The notes beneath the pieces were generated by a model. The model had not been told where the DNA came from. It saw only the letters and a list, made by a program, of their open reading frames with translations, and did not search any database. A DNA stretch of 64,000 nucleotides from positions 124,001 through 188,000 of the forward strand of contig NIVC01000014.1 of assembly GCA_002269645.1 (NCBI GenBank), in the 5' to 3' direction. Made by a program: the position numbers and the translations under genes. This stretch comes from Macrostomum lignano (Eukaryota). The stretch's first letter is position 1; every line of letters begins with the position of its first letter. Below are positions 61,111 through 64,000 of this stretch, in pieces.

Positions 61111-62337
61111 TTATTTTTTGTTGAACCGCGAAAGCAGAAGCTCTCTCGCCCTCTTATCGATGTATTTTCTCTCAAGCATTTTATTGAGGATGTGAACGAA
61201 CTCTTTTCTATTCTCATCTTTCATTCCGGTCTTTGCCGCTCCTAGAAGAACCGCTACTCGCTTGTAGATTTCAGAAATTCCTTTTCCAGTTGAGGGCGGT
61301 TGGTCTTGAGGTTGTGGAGTTGGTTGGGCTTGTAGCTGCTGGGGAGGTGATGCAAAAGACTGCTCACTTTCAGAGATGGAACTGTCATGTGGTGCCTGTC
61401 TTTGTTGAGGTGTGAAAACTCTTTGCTTGATTCTGTTCATTCGATCTGGAGAGTGTTGTTCTAAGTGTTGCCAATCTGTTGGGTTTTGTTTCTTATATTC
61501 AGCTACTTGAGTCGGATCTGCATTTTCCAGTTGCCTGAGTACTTCTGTGAAATGTTGCTGCTGCTGTGGTTGTGGTTGTTGTTGCTGTTGTTGTTGTTGT
61601 TCTAGATATTTTATGACTTCCGCCTGATCTGGCAAATCGAACCATTGTTTAAAGTGCTTGTACTTTTTGAATCTAGTCAGGTTGACACCGTTATCATACA
61701 TAAGTCTCAGGACTTCTGGGGCCTTTAGTATTTCTATATCTCTAGCAAGAGCAAAAGTCACTAGATCTCTATAGTTCTTTAGCTGTTTGTCCGAGATTCT
61801 CTCTTGGTTCTTGGTCATAAAAGTCAGTAAGGTTTCTGTGAAAGGAATGCTCTTAGTTTCCGAGCCTTTGACAACAGAAATATGTTTCTTATTTATGTCG
61901 ATATAATATTCCACTGGTTCATTATAAATGTTTTTTCTCCACATACTTATTCCAAATACATATTTCCCATCATGTTCGACACGCTCTACTGGTCCAAAAA
62001 TGTTATCTGTCACTTTTAGTTGTGATTGATGTGGTTGTGATTGTTGTTGTGATTGTTGTGGTTGCGGTTGTGTCTGTGGTTGCGGTTGTATCTGTGGTGC
62101 TTCTGGAATTTTACCCAAAACCTTTTGCACTTGGGTTTCCTGTATGTCGTCGATAGTTTCTTTGACCTGATCAATATTTTTCTTAGCTTCTCCATACCCG
62201 GGCTTATGAAACTCTGTGGCTGCTTGGACAAACTCATTGTAGGATTGTTGCTCCTTATTTATTAGCCCGGTAACTCGTTTCTCAGCTTGTGCTAGCTTCT
62301 CCAATTCAGATATCTGCTGTGTACTTTTTCGCTTCAT
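61111..62337 (-). CDS. Hypothetical Gln/Pro-rich protein, 408 aa
   Basis: Intact ORF. C-terminal GKG..RVAVLLGAAKTG..E..IL resembles a motif recalled from Polinton core proteins. Confidence 0.7.
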   Translation of the reverse strand: MKRKSTQQISELEKLAQAEKRVTGLINKEQQSYNEFVQAATEFHKPGYGEAKKNIDQVKETIDDIQETQVQKVLGKIPEAPQIQPQPQTQPQPQQSQQQSQPHQSQLKVTDNIFGPVERVEHDGKYVFGISMWRKNIYNEPVEYYIDINKKHISVVKGSETKSIPFTETLLTFMTKNQERISDKQLKNYRDLVTFALARDIEILKAPEVLRLMYDNGVNLTRFKKYKHFKQWFDLPDQAEVIKYLEQQQQQQQQPQPQQQQHFTEVLRQLENADPTQVAEYKKQNPTDWQHLEQHSPDRMNRIKQRVFTPQQRQAPHDSSISESEQSFASPPQQLQAQPTPQPQDQPPSTGKGISEIYKRVAVLLGAAKTGMKDENRKEFVHILNKMLERKYIDKRARELLLSRFNKK

Positions 62338-62367
62338 TTCTTATTTTATTTTATTTTTAGTTAAAAA

Positions 62368-63654
62368 ATGAACGACCCACTGACACCAGTTTTCTACAAG
62401 ATTAACAAGCCTATTTTGAGTGATGATAGCACAATCAAAGCGACTCAGGTAAGAGTTCCCAGTCAGGAAAATCAGAATGAAACTAATCTTGGTCCTGGTC
62501 AAACACTGACATTTACATACAATGGATGTTCGTCTCTGGTTAGTGTGCACAGTCTTAAGAGCGGCTTCCATATGACATTTCAATTCAAGACAAAAGGTGG
62601 TGCGGATGCGGCTCGTGCTAACGTTGACAAGCATGATGCGGATGTGGCTCTGATCAGTAACTTTTGGGCGTACATGTTCAAGGAGTTTAGTGTATCGAAT
62701 GGGAGCACAGAGTTGGAGCGAATCGCCAACTTTGGAATTGTCTATGACGCTCATTGTTTGATCGAGAATCCTGATTTTATTCAATTGGGAAGTGGTGCGG
62801 GTTTTATTGCAGACGAAAAAGAAGGAGATATCAATGACAGTGGTTATAAAAATAGGAAGAAGAGATACAACTATGCATTGCAAGGTGCTGATGATGCTGC
62901 TAAGAACCCGCTGTATCGGTCTGTTGATGTATTTGTACCATTGAGATTCATGAGTGGATTCTGTAATACATTTAATCGACTGACTAGTAACTTTAGCTAC
63001 ACATTTAGACTGACTAGAGATGATCGCAGTAGAGTGTTGTGGACTGGGGCGGACCACACTGGGATGGCTGTGAAGCTAACCGGAATCGAGCTGTATTTGG
63101 AAGTCATTGAGCCAAAGACTGCACTAAAAGCGGATTATCTCAAGGCAATAGAGAAGGACATTGATGTTGCATACACGGCCTACATGTGTCGAGATGAGCG
63201 AAACGAAACTAGAACAAACATCTGCATTAAAGAGGGATCATGCAGCAATCCAAGGTATATCATTATTAATATGAGAAACCCAAATAGCATTATACGCTAC
63301 ATGCATGGAGACGTGCGGTCCATTCAGCATGAAATCAGTGATAATCTTTACCCTGCACTGCCACAAAATGGAGATTTCAGTCAGAACAAGATTAGCAAAT
63401 TTTACAGCGAGTTGGTCGACTTGGCTGTGAAAGAGAACAATGGAATTGCTATCACTGCTCTTCAATATGGAACTCTATATCCGATGTTTGGCGCTGATGT
63501 GTCTGCCAGACAAATGCCTACTGATAACAGCCCTGTGAATATCGTGACTAACATTGAGAGGACTGCCGCAACACCCGTGGACTTGTACATTATCTATGCA
63601 TTTGAGAGGAAGGTGAAGCTTAACATGATCAACAATTCATCCAGTAAAGTTTAA
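62368..63654 (+). CDS. Major capsid protein (double jelly-roll, Polinton type), 428 aa
   Basis: Size, beta-strand-rich pattern, FVPLRFMSGFC, NPRYIII, LYP..FGAD motifs and position directly before the minor capsid gene. Confidence 0.82.
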   Translation: MNDPLTPVFYKINKPILSDDSTIKATQVRVPSQENQNETNLGPGQTLTFTYNGCSSLVSVHSLKSGFHMTFQFKTKGGADAARANVDKHDADVALISNFWAYMFKEFSVSNGSTELERIANFGIVYDAHCLIENPDFIQLGSGAGFIADEKEGDINDSGYKNRKKRYNYALQGADDAAKNPLYRSVDVFVPLRFMSGFCNTFNRLTSNFSYTFRLTRDDRSRVLWTGADHTGMAVKLTGIELYLEVIEPKTALKADYLKAIEKDIDVAYTAYMCRDERNETRTNICIKEGSCSNPRYIIINMRNPNSIIRYMHGDVRSIQHEISDNLYPALPQNGDFSQNKISKFYSELVDLAVKENNGIAITALQYGTLYPMFGADVSARQMPTDNSPVNIVTNIERTAATPVDLYIIYAFERKVKLNMINNSSSKV

Positions 63655-63674
63655 ATATTTTTTTAGGACAAAAA

Positions 63675-64000
63675 ATGGAAGCTATAGCCGAAAGACTAAA
63701 CAACATTGTTTCACACTCTAAGGAGAGCATTCCTATTACAATAACCGGGCGAATTAATGACTCAAACGGGATATTTGTTGAAAAATTAGAGCAGGCGATT
63801 CGCCTGGATCCTGGCGCTAATTACCATGTCTATCTTAACGACTTCACTGGTTGGTCAAACGTTCCCAATGTGATGGCAGCAAATAATAAGTTTTATTACA
63901 AATGGAAAGGTGCAGCAGCAGACCCTGTGGTATTCCATGTGAGCACGCAAAGTGTGGATACCTACAATAACTTTCTAGAAAATGTCTTTACTAAGAGAGG
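63675..64000 (+). CDS. Minor capsid protein (penton-like), truncated by window end
   Basis: Open frame to the end: IRLDPGANYHVYLNDFTGWSNVPNV..NNKFYY, a Polinton penton-like N-terminus. Not in the ORF track. Confidence 0.78.
   Translation, partial: MEAIAERLNNIVSHSKESIPITITGRINDSNGIFVEKLEQAIRLDPGANYHVYLNDFTGWSNVPNVMAANNKFYYKWKGAAADPVVFHVSTQSVDTYNNFLENVFTKR

Larger units (their letters stand above)
50196..64000. mobile_element. Polinton/Maverick (adintovirus-like) endogenous virus; right part outside window, left end tentative
   Basis: Co-located rve integrase, pPolB, adenain-like protease, A32 ATPase, major and minor capsids and PLA2 in a gene-dense block. A putative 5'-AGTAG terminus at 50196 is followed by subterminal tandem repeats; this boundary is low confidence. 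Confidence 0.93.

Overview
This is a repeat-rich eukaryotic (metazoan-like) window in three parts. (1) 1-9.6 kb is a head-to-tail array of non-autonomous Helitrons filled with minisatellites. One copy carries a nested 8-bp-TSD DNA transposon, which itself holds a mariner relic and a 28S rDNA-like fragment. (2) 11.3-50 kb holds three host genes: a 4-exon UCH-L ubiquitin C-terminal hydrolase with a 12.9 kb transposon-laden first intron, a single-exon class I/II PLP aminotransferase with an unusual C-terminal tail, and a 3-exon cytosolic sulfotransferase. They sit among many unrelated minisatellite arrays (roughly 40% of the first 50 kb by rough sum). These arrays explain nearly all the long ORFs in the ORF track. 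(3) From about 50.2 kb to the window end lies a Polinton/Maverick (adintovirus-like) endogenous virus. It encodes a RING protein, parvovirus-type PLA2, rve integrase, a pX-like protein, protein-primed PolB, adenain-like protease, A32/FtsK ATPase, and major and minor capsid proteins. Every frameshift I could reconstruct in it is a 1-nt homopolymer indel, so it may be intact in vivo. All product calls come from motif recognition by eye; no database searches were run.
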